Of a stretch of DNA of 64,000 nt, positions 20,345 to 64,000 are shown one piece after another. A program made the translations under genes and the position numbers. The notes beneath the pieces were generated by a model. It made no database searches, was not told the origin of the DNA, and worked only from the letters and a program-made list of their open reading frames with translations. Position 1 is the first letter of the stretch. The number at the start of each line of letters is the position of its first letter. Source of the DNA: the human T2T-CHM13v2.0 reference genome, Homo sapiens; NCBI RefSeq assembly GCF_009914755.1, contig NC_060929.1, one strand, 5' to 3'.

Positions 20345-20840
20345 ATATATTAGCTATCTATTGCCACATAACATAATACCTCAAAATTTACCATTTTAAA
20401 ACAACCAACATTCATTATTTCTCAGAGTTTCTGAGGATCAGGAATCTGGGAGCCACTTAACTGAGTGGTTCTGGTCCAGAAGACTCTCATGAAGTTGCAG
20501 TCAAGCTGTCAGTAGTCATCTCGACACCCAACTGATGCTGAAGGAGCTACTTCCAAGCTCACTCAAGGTTGTTGGTGGGCCTCAGTTCCTCATTAAATGT
20601 TGGCTAGAGACTTCATTCCTTGACATCACATGGACCCCTCAAAGGGCTGCTTATAACATGACAGCTTGCTTGTCTCTGAGCAAGAGAAAGGGAAAAGAAC
20701 ACCCATGATGGACATCTTTTATAATGTAATTACCCAAGTGATATAAGTATCATCACTAATGCTGTATGCTTTTGGTCACATAGACCAATCCTGGTACAGG
20801 GATCATTCATTGGGTGCCATCTTGGAGGCAAGCTACCACA
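20345..20840. mobile_element. MLT1-type MaLR LTR
   Basis: tattagctatctattgccacataaca ... ggcaagctaccaca. Confidence 0.7.
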
Positions 20841-21033
20841 TCTGCCAGGGTATGAATGCATTTAATCTAAAGTTCTAGCCCTGAACTGTAGGGTTATCTA
20901 CCATATAAATCAGTTTTACATTTTTTAATATGTAAAATAGGAACATCCCAATTCAGAATATTGCAGGATAAAGGGCCTCAGGTAACTGATTAAGATTCTA
21001 AGCTCTCTTTCTCTTTTAAAAGATGAAATTTAA

Positions 21034-21328
21034 GGCTGGGTATGGTGGCTCCTACCTATAATCCCAGTACTTTGGGAGGCCAAGACGGGGGGATCACTTG
21101 AGGTCAGGAATTTGAGACCAGCTTGGCCAAAATGGCAAAACCCTGTCTCTACCAAAAATACAAAAAAAATAGCTGGGTGTAGCGGCGCGTGGCTGTAGTC
21201 CCAGGCACTTGGAAGGCTCAGGTGGGAGGATTGCTTGAGCCCAGGAGGTTGAGGCTGCAGTGAGCCAAGACCACCTCACTGCACTCCAGCCTGGGTGACA
21301 GAAGGAGACCCTGTCTCAAAAAAAAAAT
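21034..21328 (+). mobile_element. AluJ
   Basis: Alu consensus with ggattgcttgagcccagg. Confidence 0.9.
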
Positions 21329-22102
21329 GCAATTTAAATAGTAATGGCATTCAGATAGTAATCACAGTGCACCTGGAACTGGACGGCACCATCTTAGGTT
21401 GCTCTCTGCTTTGCGCATGTGGACAAGCCATCTATGACAAATAGTTTCTTTTCTTCCTAAGGATATGCAGCTTCTTTTGTAGTATACTGCATTGTTTTCA
21501 GTCCCTTTCAGGAATGTTATCTGATGCCCAACTGATATTTCTCAAATGTTAAAATAAGACTTCTTCATCTTGTTTGGTCTGGACAGAGGTCAACATTCTT
21601 CTCATAAAAGCTTTCATTTCTTTTGAAGCATTAAAATAATATTTTAGCACACAAAAAAGGAGTTTATTTTCAAGAAGCTTTGCTTTCTTTTTCAGTTAGT
21701 TCTAGATAAGAACTATAACTTCACATAAGATGTTAGAAGGATTTAAGTACATTGCTGAAGGTATAACCATCCATCTTCACGAAGTAAGAATAGTGAATAG
21801 TAAGTATAAAGAAACAAACAAGTCCTGTGATAACATCTTTATCATAATTTTTTTAAGTCTATTATGCTTTATGCAAATGTTTAGATTTCCTTATTAAAAA
21901 TCTGCTGGCCAGGTTAGGTTCCCTTTCTGTAGCTTTATTTTCAACTCATAATATAGTGACTATTAAATATTCTTTACCCAACACATTATATTGTAAAAAT
22001 ATACACTTAGTTCTGTTTCTATCACTAAGCCACTACTATTTTAAAAAGGAATATCTTGCATTGTTAAGTTTAGCAGCCCAAATTCTTAAAGGCCTTAGGA
22101 AT

Positions 22103-22980
22103 GGTGCTGTCCAATAAGATAACCAATAGCTACATGTGGCTACTGAGCACTTAAAAAATGAGTCTGGCCAGGCATAGTGGCTCACGTCTGTAATTCAGCA
22201 TTTTGGGAGGCTGAGGTGGGAGGATTGCTTAAACCCAGGAGTCTGAGACCAGCCTGGGCAACACAGGGATGCCTTGTCTCTGTAAAATAAAAAAAATAAA
22301 AAAATTAGCTGGGCACGGTGGCATGTGCCTGTAGTCCTAGCTACTCAGCAGGCTGAGGCAGGAGGCCCACTTAAGCTTAGGAGTTCAGGGCTGCGGTGAG
22401 CTATGATTGTGCCACTGCACTCTAGCCTGGGTGACACAGTGGGACCGTGTCTCCAATAAATAAATGAATAAATAAATATTAAAAAATAAAAAGTGTGGCT
22501 AGTCCAAATTGAAATGTGCTGTAAAATACACACTGGATTCCTTTTTTTTTTTTTTTCAAATCCTGAGAACCTGTGAAACACACTGAATTCTTAAGATTTA
22601 GTATGAGGAGGGGAAAAAAAGATCAATGATTTACATATAACAATGTAAAATATCAATAATTTCTATATTGATTATATGATGAAATGATCATGTTCTGGAT
22701 ATACTTGATTAAATATACCACTAAAGTTAATTTCATCTTTTATTTTTACTTTTTAAATATGCAGCATTGCCCAATAAAATACAGGACAACCAGTTACATT
22801 TTTATTTTATATATTCCTGCTTGGGACATAATATTTAAAAATTATTCATTCTATATCTGAAATTCAAATTTAACTAGGAGTCCTATATTTTTATTTGCTA
22901 AATCTGGCAATTTTATTAATATGGCTACTAGAAAAGTTAACATAACAAATGTAGCTCCTTATCCTATGGAACATTGCTGC
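22103..22980. mobile_element. hAT DNA element (MER3/MER33-like) with nested AluJ (about 22166-22490) and MER53-like MITE (about 22765-22912)
   Basis: gtgctgtccaata...tagctacatgtggctactgagcac; inverted ends ttgcccaataaaatacagga / tcctatattttttatttgctaaatctggcaa. Confidence 0.65.
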
Positions 22981-23310
22981 TTTAGAATCACCTCGCTGCT
23001 TTTTTTTTTTTTCCAGTTAGCTTCTGAATAAACTCTGCACGGAAATAACTAATCTGTGGGGAATATTTAACCCTAGGCTAGGATCGTTAATCGTGAAGTT
23101 AAATTTTTACATCTGCATGAACAAAATGGCTTGTTACAGACGAAAATGTGGAAAGGGCATCTGGACTAGAATGAAAAGTCATAGCTCCCAGCCTCTCTAC
23201 TAGGGTAGTTAACAGTCCCAGGTTCAAAATAATCCCCGTCCCTCTTATAAGATTAGGCGGTGTCAAGAGCAACTATCTGTGAGACCCTGGGCCAGTGACT
23301 TTCTCCTTAC

Positions 23311-48175
<24,865 letters not shown>

Positions 48176-49517
48176 CATCGCTTCCAGTAAGGGAGAAACT
48201 GAAGAGGAAAGACTGTCTTGCTAGAAATGGCCAGCTTGTGCAGACTCCGAGTCCTTCAGTGACAAAGGCCTTTGCTGTTTGTCCTCTTGACCTGTGTCTG
48301 ACTTGCTCCTGGATGGGCACCCACACTCAGAGGCTACATATGGCCCTAGAGCACCACCTTCCTCTAGGGACACTGGGGCTACCTACAGACAACTTCATCT
48401 AAGTCCTAACTATTACAATGATGGACTCAGCACCTCCAAAGCAGTTAATTTTTCACTAGAACCAGTGAGATCTGGAGGAATGTGAGAAGCATATGCTAAA
48501 TGTACATTTTAATTTTAGACTACTTGAAAAGGCCCCTAATAAGGCTAGAGGTCTAAGTCCCCCACCCCTTTCCCCACTCCCCTCTAGTGGTGAACTTTAG
48601 AGGAAAAGGAAGTAATTGCACAAGGAGTTTGATTCTTACCTTTTCTCAGTTACAGAGGACATTAACTGGATCATTGCTTCCCCAGGGCAGGAGAGCGCAG
48701 AGCTAGGGAAAGTGAAAGGTAATGAAGATGGAGCAGAATGAGCAGATGCAGATCACCAGCAAAGTGCACTGATGTGTGAGCTCTTAAGACCACTCAGCAT
48801 GACGACTGAGTAGACTTGTTTACATCTGATCAAAGCACTGGGCTTGTCCAGGCTCATAATAAATGCTCCATTGAATCTACTATTCTTGTTTTCCACTGCT
48901 GTGGAAACCTCCTTGCTACTATAGCGTCTTATGTATGGTTTAAAGGAAATTTATCAGGTGAGAGAGATGAGCAACGTTGTCTTTTCTCTCAAAGCTGTAA
49001 TGTGGGTTTTGTTTTACTGTTTATTTGTTTGTTGTTGTATCCTTTTCTCCTTGTTATTTGCCCTTCAGAATGCACTTGGGAAAGGCTGGTTCCTTAGCCT
49101 CCTGGTTTGTGTCTTTTTTTTTTTTTTTTTAAACACAGAATCACTCTGGCAATTGTCTGCAGCTGCCACTGGTGCAAGGCCTTACCAGCCCTAGCCTCTA
49201 GCACTTCTCTAAGTGCCAAAAACAGTGTCATTGTGTGTGTTCCTTTCTTGATACTTAGTCATGGGAGGATATTACAAAAAAGAAATTTAAATTGTGTTCA
49301 TAGTCTTTCAGAGTAGCTCACTTTAGTCCTGTAACTTTATTGGGTGATATTTTGTGTTCAGTGTAATTGTCTTCTCTTTGCTGATTATGTTACCATGGTA
49401 CTCCTAAAGCATATGCCTCACCTGGTTAAAAAAGAACAAACATGTTTTTGTGAAAGCTACTGAAGTGCCTTGGGAAATGAGAAAGTTTTAATAAGTAAAA
49501 TGATTTTTTAAATATCA
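48176..49517 (+). other. SLC22A5: SLC22A5 3' UTR (about 1.35 kb; end approximate)
   Basis: Follows the stop codon. AATAAA at 48858-48863 and variant AGTAAA at 49494-49499 followed by U-rich sequence; unique sequence ends before an LTR near 49710. Confidence 0.7.
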
Positions 49518-49710
49518 GCAACTGCCTAGAATCTTTATTTCTAGAATTTAGTGAGCCTGTGCCACACTGTCATCTGCCTTTTCTCTGTATCAGCTTGGGC
49601 TAATTCTAGCAATGGTTGGGATTAATCTCTAAGACTAAGATTTGATTCTTGTGCACTAGAATTCTTCACTTTATTAATTGACTATGGGCTGAGCCAGCCT
49701 TCTTGCACAA

Positions 49711-50222
49711 ATGTATCTTGGGTTCCCTTGAAAGTAGAGACTGAGACAAGTGCTTCTGTGCAGTTAAGCAGTTTATGCTTTGGGGACAAGATTCCAGGGA
49801 GCAGCAATAAAGGACAGGAGGAGAACAGGGAAGGAGGGAGGCTGAATACAAAGATGCATTTTCAGGTTGACTAGCACCAAAGGCAGGGATGCTCCATCCA
49901 GCAAGGACTTCAGAAGAAGCTTATGAAATGCATCTCAACACCATCTGTACCTTGAGTAAAAGGGGGAAGCATTTCTCTGTTGGCATCCATTTGTAAAGGC
50001 AGCCCACAGGTGTCAGCTCCACATGTTTCCAGGCTGCACATGCATGAGTCCCAAATAAGTTCTGTCCCGTGGGTAGAAAGCAAGAGAGAATACATTGCAG
50101 GGCTGAAGTAGGGGTTGCCAGAGCCCATCAGAACTGGTCACTGCAACAGTGGCTGGAGTAAGTGGTGGGCTGAGAGGATTGGGGGTTGAGTGTGGTGCAC
50201 AAGAGGTGTCTTAATCTATATA
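49711..50222. mobile_element. Old MLT1-type LTR
   Basis: tcttgggttcccttgaaagtagagactgagacaag ... cagtttatgctttgggg. Confidence 0.55.
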
Positions 50223-51750
50223 CAATTTGCACAGGGCATTTTGGGCTAGAAGGTGTGGATGGACCTGGGTAAAAAGCTCCAGTGTTGGATAGAAACTCAA
50301 GGGCATGTTGCATAACAAAACAAGCAGCATCAAACTTGGGGGAGAAGGAAGGCAGCACGTCTTCTGGAACACTGTTGGCTTCTCCACTCTCCTCAAACAT
50401 GGTTCTGTGCTGGACTACTGATTAACTGTCTTCCCAGGGGCTCTAGAATCTGAATTGCAGTTCTGTCTACCCATTGTCCTGTAGCAGGAGTGAATAGTTT
50501 CTGCATTTTCTCTCTTATTCTCCATGCCACTGATTCCAGTCATTTGTGGCCTTCTGAGGGCAAAAACCATAATTACCTGAATGCTTAGAGCTCTTCATGT
50601 GGTGAGGCAAGAGCCCAAGTCACTTCCAGGGTTGAGCCAAGCATGTGGAATTCCAAGTCCTCTGTCGAAGCCTGTTGGATTCGTGTGTGGCTTGTTTCCC
50701 TTAGAGCCATGACTTTGGGAAGACTGAGTGTGTTATCAGACCAAGGATCTCCTCTGCTCCAGGAGAGAGGCATACACAAACTGTAGCCACAGGGGCAGAG
50801 TTGGTGAGTGATGAGGTGTTCAGTTAATGTGTATAACTAGAAACCAGCATACCCACAGAAATATAAAAGACAAAGAAAAGGAGGTGGAGGAACAACCCAG
50901 ATTTTCTTAAAAACCAGTTTCCTGCCACAGATCAAAGTAAAGGCAAAGATTTGCCATACCATCTTTTCCTATTCTTGGAAACTAGTTCTTATCTCTGTCA
51001 GGGTTCCCTGAACATTCTCATGGATTCCATAAGGCTGTTGTTTGTCAAAGAGAATTATTCTGCTTAATACCTGGTCTAAGTGACGGTCAATGAGGTGGGC
51101 ACAAGACCCTATTCCCTGCCAGGTAGTAAATAGCACAATAGAACTTTCTTCTGGGGGTTTGTCTTTTAATTCTTTTCCTAAAGGGCTTTTAGGCTGATAG
51201 AGGCTTGATGCAATGCACTGGCAACACCTTATGTTCTATGCCATTGCTTTAAAAGCACTTTGGAAAATAAAATCTCATGAGATTAACAGAGGATGCACTG
51301 ATGACAGACACAGGTTTCTCAGCAGAAATCATGTTTTGGAGCTCTCAGGCAGACCCACCCCTGAAGGTGTCACCTCATGAAGAAGGGACATAACCTCAGG
51401 GACAGAGTTCTGTAAGAAGCCGCCAGAGACACTGGGACATCATCTGTCTGTTGCGCCAGCCAGAGGGCAGCAGCCAGGCCCCTGACTGGCTCTTTACCTG
51501 GGAATAAGTCTCACAAAAGACTTCTCATAGAGGAAGTGTGAGGATACACTCCACATCAAGGATAAGACTGCTAAATACTAATACACAGTGATATTGGTAT
51601 TTTGCATGGTTCGTCTACTGAAGAGATTTGAAACTTAATGCTCATGCAACCCCTGATTATGAGCAAAATAGTTCTGAAAATTCTAAATGTCCTCATAGAA
51701 TTGCCCCCCACCCCATGCCAAACAAATGAGCACTAAAAACGTAAAAGCCC

Positions 51751-59560
<7,810 letters not shown>

Positions 59561-60631
59561 TTCACATATTTTTAATGCATTTCAACTCCTGATATGACAC
59601 ACTTTTAGCTCTCTATTTCTCCTTGACACTCCTGCCTCCATCCATACGTTGTCCTGCTTCATCTCTGATTATCCCAATTCTATTCATGTTCAAGGTTTAC
59701 CCCATGACATCCTCTTTCTTGGAGGCACTATGGCTTTGGCTAAGTGCCCAGATCCAGAGTAGATAAAGTATATGGTCCAAAAGTAGATGTCTTCACTTAC
59801 TAGCTCTATAACTTTGGGGAAGTCACTTAACTTTCCTGAGACTGTTTCCTCAACTGTAAAATTCCTTACCTATATCAGGTTTCTATAAAGATTAAATTAG
59901 ATCATGCGTGTAAATTATAATGTAATTATTGACTCTACAAATAATTAGTCCTTATCATATTATGCTTGGTTCCATGAGGGAAATTGTAACTACCTTTGGC
60001 GGAAAAGACAGGCTTATCCCTAAGGTGCTTAAGTAGTACACTCACTGTACATTTGGTAGTTTTAAAAAAAAAAAACTTAACAAATGCTTTTACTCATTCA
60101 TCCTTGAATGAGAGACACAGCCCTCAGCAAAACATCCTTCATGAAGCCCACACCTACTTCTTTCTCTTTTTAGACCAAGCAGACTAATAGTATCTGGGCT
60201 TCCTGACAGCTTGGGAACAAAGCATGTAAACTCGCCTACTGTCAGCCTCCACACCACCATGAGATGGATATGGGCTCCCTGGGGTGTGCAGTTGGTGAGG
60301 GAAATGCTATACTTGACTATGACTGAGTGCCACGTTCAAATATTCATGTAGTACTCATGATTTGTGTTCAAGCCTCCTTCCATGGGAAGAACCAGCGGTG
60401 GACCTGAAGAGCTCTGCCTTCAAACAGATGATTCACTCACAACAGGTTGCTGGTGACTGAACCTCAGTGACAGGGTCATCCTTTGACACCCAGCTCTCCA
60501 AGGGCACCTTGCTCAGGGAGGCTAAGCTCAGAGCAAAAGTGCCTTTTGGAGTGCTAGCTTCTTTCTACCAACAATGACAGATTTCCATCTGTGCTGCCAA
60601 ACATGTAAGTTCTTTCCTTAAGGAACACTTA

Positions 60632-60952
<321 letters not shown>

Positions 60953-61378
60953 GACTTCCTTTTCCCAGAAAACTAAGGGCCCCCCTACATCAAAATTATT
61001 TCCCTTTGGCTGTTCAGGAACAATTGCTCATCTCCTTTCGATTTTTTGACTTTTAACTCCTCCTCAAGGAAGTTAAGGGATGTTTTTTGCTATTGGTAGG
61101 TTGTGCTTTTCTAGAGGGAAATAGTTCTAGTATTGAGATCTAAACTGAGAATTGCTGATTATCCATGGAACAAGCATTTTAAAAACAAGACCAGACCCTA
61201 GCTCCCACAGAGGACATGGTTGATAGCTTAGTACCAAAGCACAAGCATTATCTTCTGAGTGGGAAAGCAGATATGGAGCTTCCTTGCCCACCTGACACCT
61301 AAGCCAACATGTGCAGAATTGGAGCCCTCCAAAACTTGGGCCTCTTCCAAGGTTCTCCAAGTCAATGAAGGGCATCAT

Positions 61379-61655
61379 TGTGTCAGCTTGGGTCCTCCTA
61401 GAGCAGACACCAAGATGGAATTAAACCTGGAAGAGTTTATTGGGGAAAATGCCTATGAAGAATAAAGAGGAGCAGAAGCAAGAGTAAGCAGAGAGAGCCC
61501 CACACCGTAATGCAGGTCTGACCCCTGTGAAAGAGAAGAGGGAAGGATGGAGGAGTAGATAGGAAGAGCCTCAGACTGCAGAGCCATTCTGAGAAAGTGC
61601 TGGCCAGACTGACAGGAAGCCCCAGAGTACAGGTGGCCCATTAGAGGAGTTTTGC
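61379..61655. mobile_element. MLT1-type LTR fragment
   Basis: tgtgtcagcttgggtcctcctagagcagacaccaagatgg ... gagtttattggggaaaatgcct. Confidence 0.6.
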
Positions 61656-62734
61656 CTCTGGCATTCCCTCTTATAGCGTCAAATGCATCTTGTAGTATTT
61701 AGGATGGCATTCTATATTTGACCAATTATTTGATTGCTTTATTACCTCACTCAAGTGTGTTTCCCGAGGGCAGAGACCACATTTATTTTTGCTCATCACT
61801 GAATCCCCAGCATTAGCAGGGTGGCTGCATTTTGTAGTTGCCACAGAATATTTGTTGAATGAAATATCTAAAAGGGTTATTTTTTTCATTTTTATCTGAA
61901 TCACACATCAGGTATTTTTTTTTCCTAACCAGTGACTCCTAAGTTAGATGCTGCTTGCACCATGCTTTCATTCCATTTATATCATTCTTCAGCTGGGTTG
62001 CGTGATCATCAGCTGTGCCCCGCCCCCCAACCCTCCATTGCCCGATTCTGTAGTAAAGTCTTTTGGGACTGGCCTTGGACTTGGACTTTTGCTTCTTTTG
62101 TGTCTTTACTGACTATCAGTGCAGGCCTGGATAAAGTTCTTGTTGCAGAACTTGCTACTGCACAAACTTTTGTTCCAGGGTTAGATCAGGAAGGATAGTA
62201 AGGAAAACAGAGCTGTCTCCAAAAGGTGGGATAGAAAGCTGTCCTTTAGAAGTTAAATTATAAATCAAGCCAATCAGAGCAAAGATACAAAATGTCTCCA
62301 TAAAGAAAAATAAGGGCTGCGAGACCTTACTGAGTAATGTTACTCAGTAACGCCTTGCTCTATCTAAAAATGTCCATCTGAGGAGAGGCGGCCTGGGTAC
62401 CATAATACAGAGAGCCTCATCGACACAAACAGATGGTGTCCACCAGGCCCCATCTAGGGAGAAGGGCTGGCCAGGCCAGCAGGGATGAGTGAACAGTACT
62501 TCCTATAGGTTTTGACCTGTGTTGTGGAAAGAGACATCCCACATTGCCCGAGCCTGATATCATCAAACATTTAAGTCAGACAATTCACTCTTCCGATTCT
62601 GATTTTAGGCTCACTAAGCCACCTTCTGACTATGGGGCTCCAAACTGCATGGCTACAAGAAGAGAATGTGTTCATCAGGTGGCCTCGAGTCCAGTGTTCC
62701 TGACAGTCTTGCTTCTAACAGGAATGGATAAGCT

Positions 62735-62950
62735 TCAGGTTTTGGGGTCAGATGGCCTTGATTCAAACCCTGCCACTAACATACATAGTAACTATGTGAC
62801 CTTGGGATTTCCTTCATCTTTTTTTCTCCCAAATGAAAAATAAATAGATTATAATATACCACATGATAGTAGGGAGAAATAATGAGGTAATAATGCATGT
62901 AATGCATTTAGCATAGCACTTCTCTAGCAAATAGTGAATGAAATCAGTCA
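62735..62950 (+). mobile_element. MIR
   Basis: ttcaaaccctgccactaac ... tatgtgaccttggg ... aatgaggtaataatgcatgtaatgcatttagcatag. Confidence 0.7.
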
Positions 62951-64000
62951 GTTGTCATTCTGACTTTATGCAACAGTGCTAATTGACTCTGGTACACTGG
63001 AAGTCAGATGAGATTTTTGGCCCCACAAAGTCAAGGACCAAACCTGGACCTTGGGAAGTTGCCAAGATGAAAAACATCAGGCCGGCCTTGACCTCCTGAT
63101 GCTCTCTGTTCACATGTGTGATGTCTATAAAAGGTAACCAGGATTTGGCTTATCTGCTTACATCTCTTCCTGTCTTTTCCTGATCTTCATCTTCCCAAAC
63201 ATAGTTTTTATGCAGAAGCAGATTTAACTCTACTTTGCTATCTTGGAGTCAAGAATTGTCCTATAAGGAGGAAGAGGCTCCAAGGCTTGCCTTTTTTGTT
63301 TTTTCTTTTTCCTTCATACTACAGACTAAAAGTAGCATCTTCTGGACAGAGAAACAGGCTGTTGTTTTTCTAAGGTCATCATTTGGCCTGCCCCACTTTC
63401 CCACCTGCTCTTGAGGGAACTATTGCAAGGACACATACAAGCCCCTACATCAGTCACAGACCAGGGCCTCCATCTTGCAGGGAATGTGCCCAAATTACAA
63501 ACAGGTAAACCAAAGTGACTCTGGGCAGATTTAATAGCTCATTTTGGTTTCTTGTTCCAGTTATAACAGACTGCTCTGTGTTTGCTCTATGGCAAAAACT
63601 TTTATGTTTGCTTTGCAACAAACGTACAGACAGGGCAAACTGTGTTTGGAGTATGGTGTCTTACCAATATTTTCTAAAAGCAAGTGAATAGAAATGCTTG
63701 CAAAAGTATTTTCAGACCTCAGTGGCCAGCGCTGAACACCGCTGTAGGAATGTCCATCAAACGTTGTGGCCATGCTCCACTCTAACAAAAACCTGGTTCC
63801 GTGGCATAATTGTGGGGGCTAATTGTCAGGCTAAGTTTCAGACACCTTCCAAAAAAAATTGCAGGGCTTCCTCAGTCTTTAAACTCCAGATAATATTGTC
63901 CAAACTTTGACAACTAACCTGTTATCATGGAGATAGCTCCAAGTTGATGGACTGGCCATTAGAGAATGTCTATCAAGCATCCAGGTAAATGACTTGGTTG

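Overview
This is human (primate) genomic DNA containing the complete SLC22A5/OCTN2 carnitine transporter gene on the + strand. Ten GT-AG exons run from ATG 23867 to TAA 48175 and give 1674 nt / 557 aa. The gene has a CpG-island promoter, a 72-nt cassette exon in intron 1 and recognisable HSE, PPRE and ERE motifs. The antisense miR-3936 hairpin lies about 4.4 kb upstream. The rest is mostly transposon-derived: two primate L1s flanking the gene in opposite orientations, many Alus (one AluYb8-like), MaLR/ERVL LTRs, L2/MIR and hAT DNA elements. Apart from SLC22A5 exons and decayed L1 ORFs, the ORF track is essentially noise. I see no convincing new biological system. The least explained structures are: a 97.5% identical 285-bp inverted duplication of ancient L2 sequence (5509-6923); a miRNA whose seed is built from an LTR insertion junction; an in-frame ATG-TAA element in the SLC22A5 leader; and an AP-1 cluster upstream of an in-frame intronic ATG. 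Repeat boundaries and subfamily names are by-eye estimates. Variant, isoform and literature associations are from memory and need checking.
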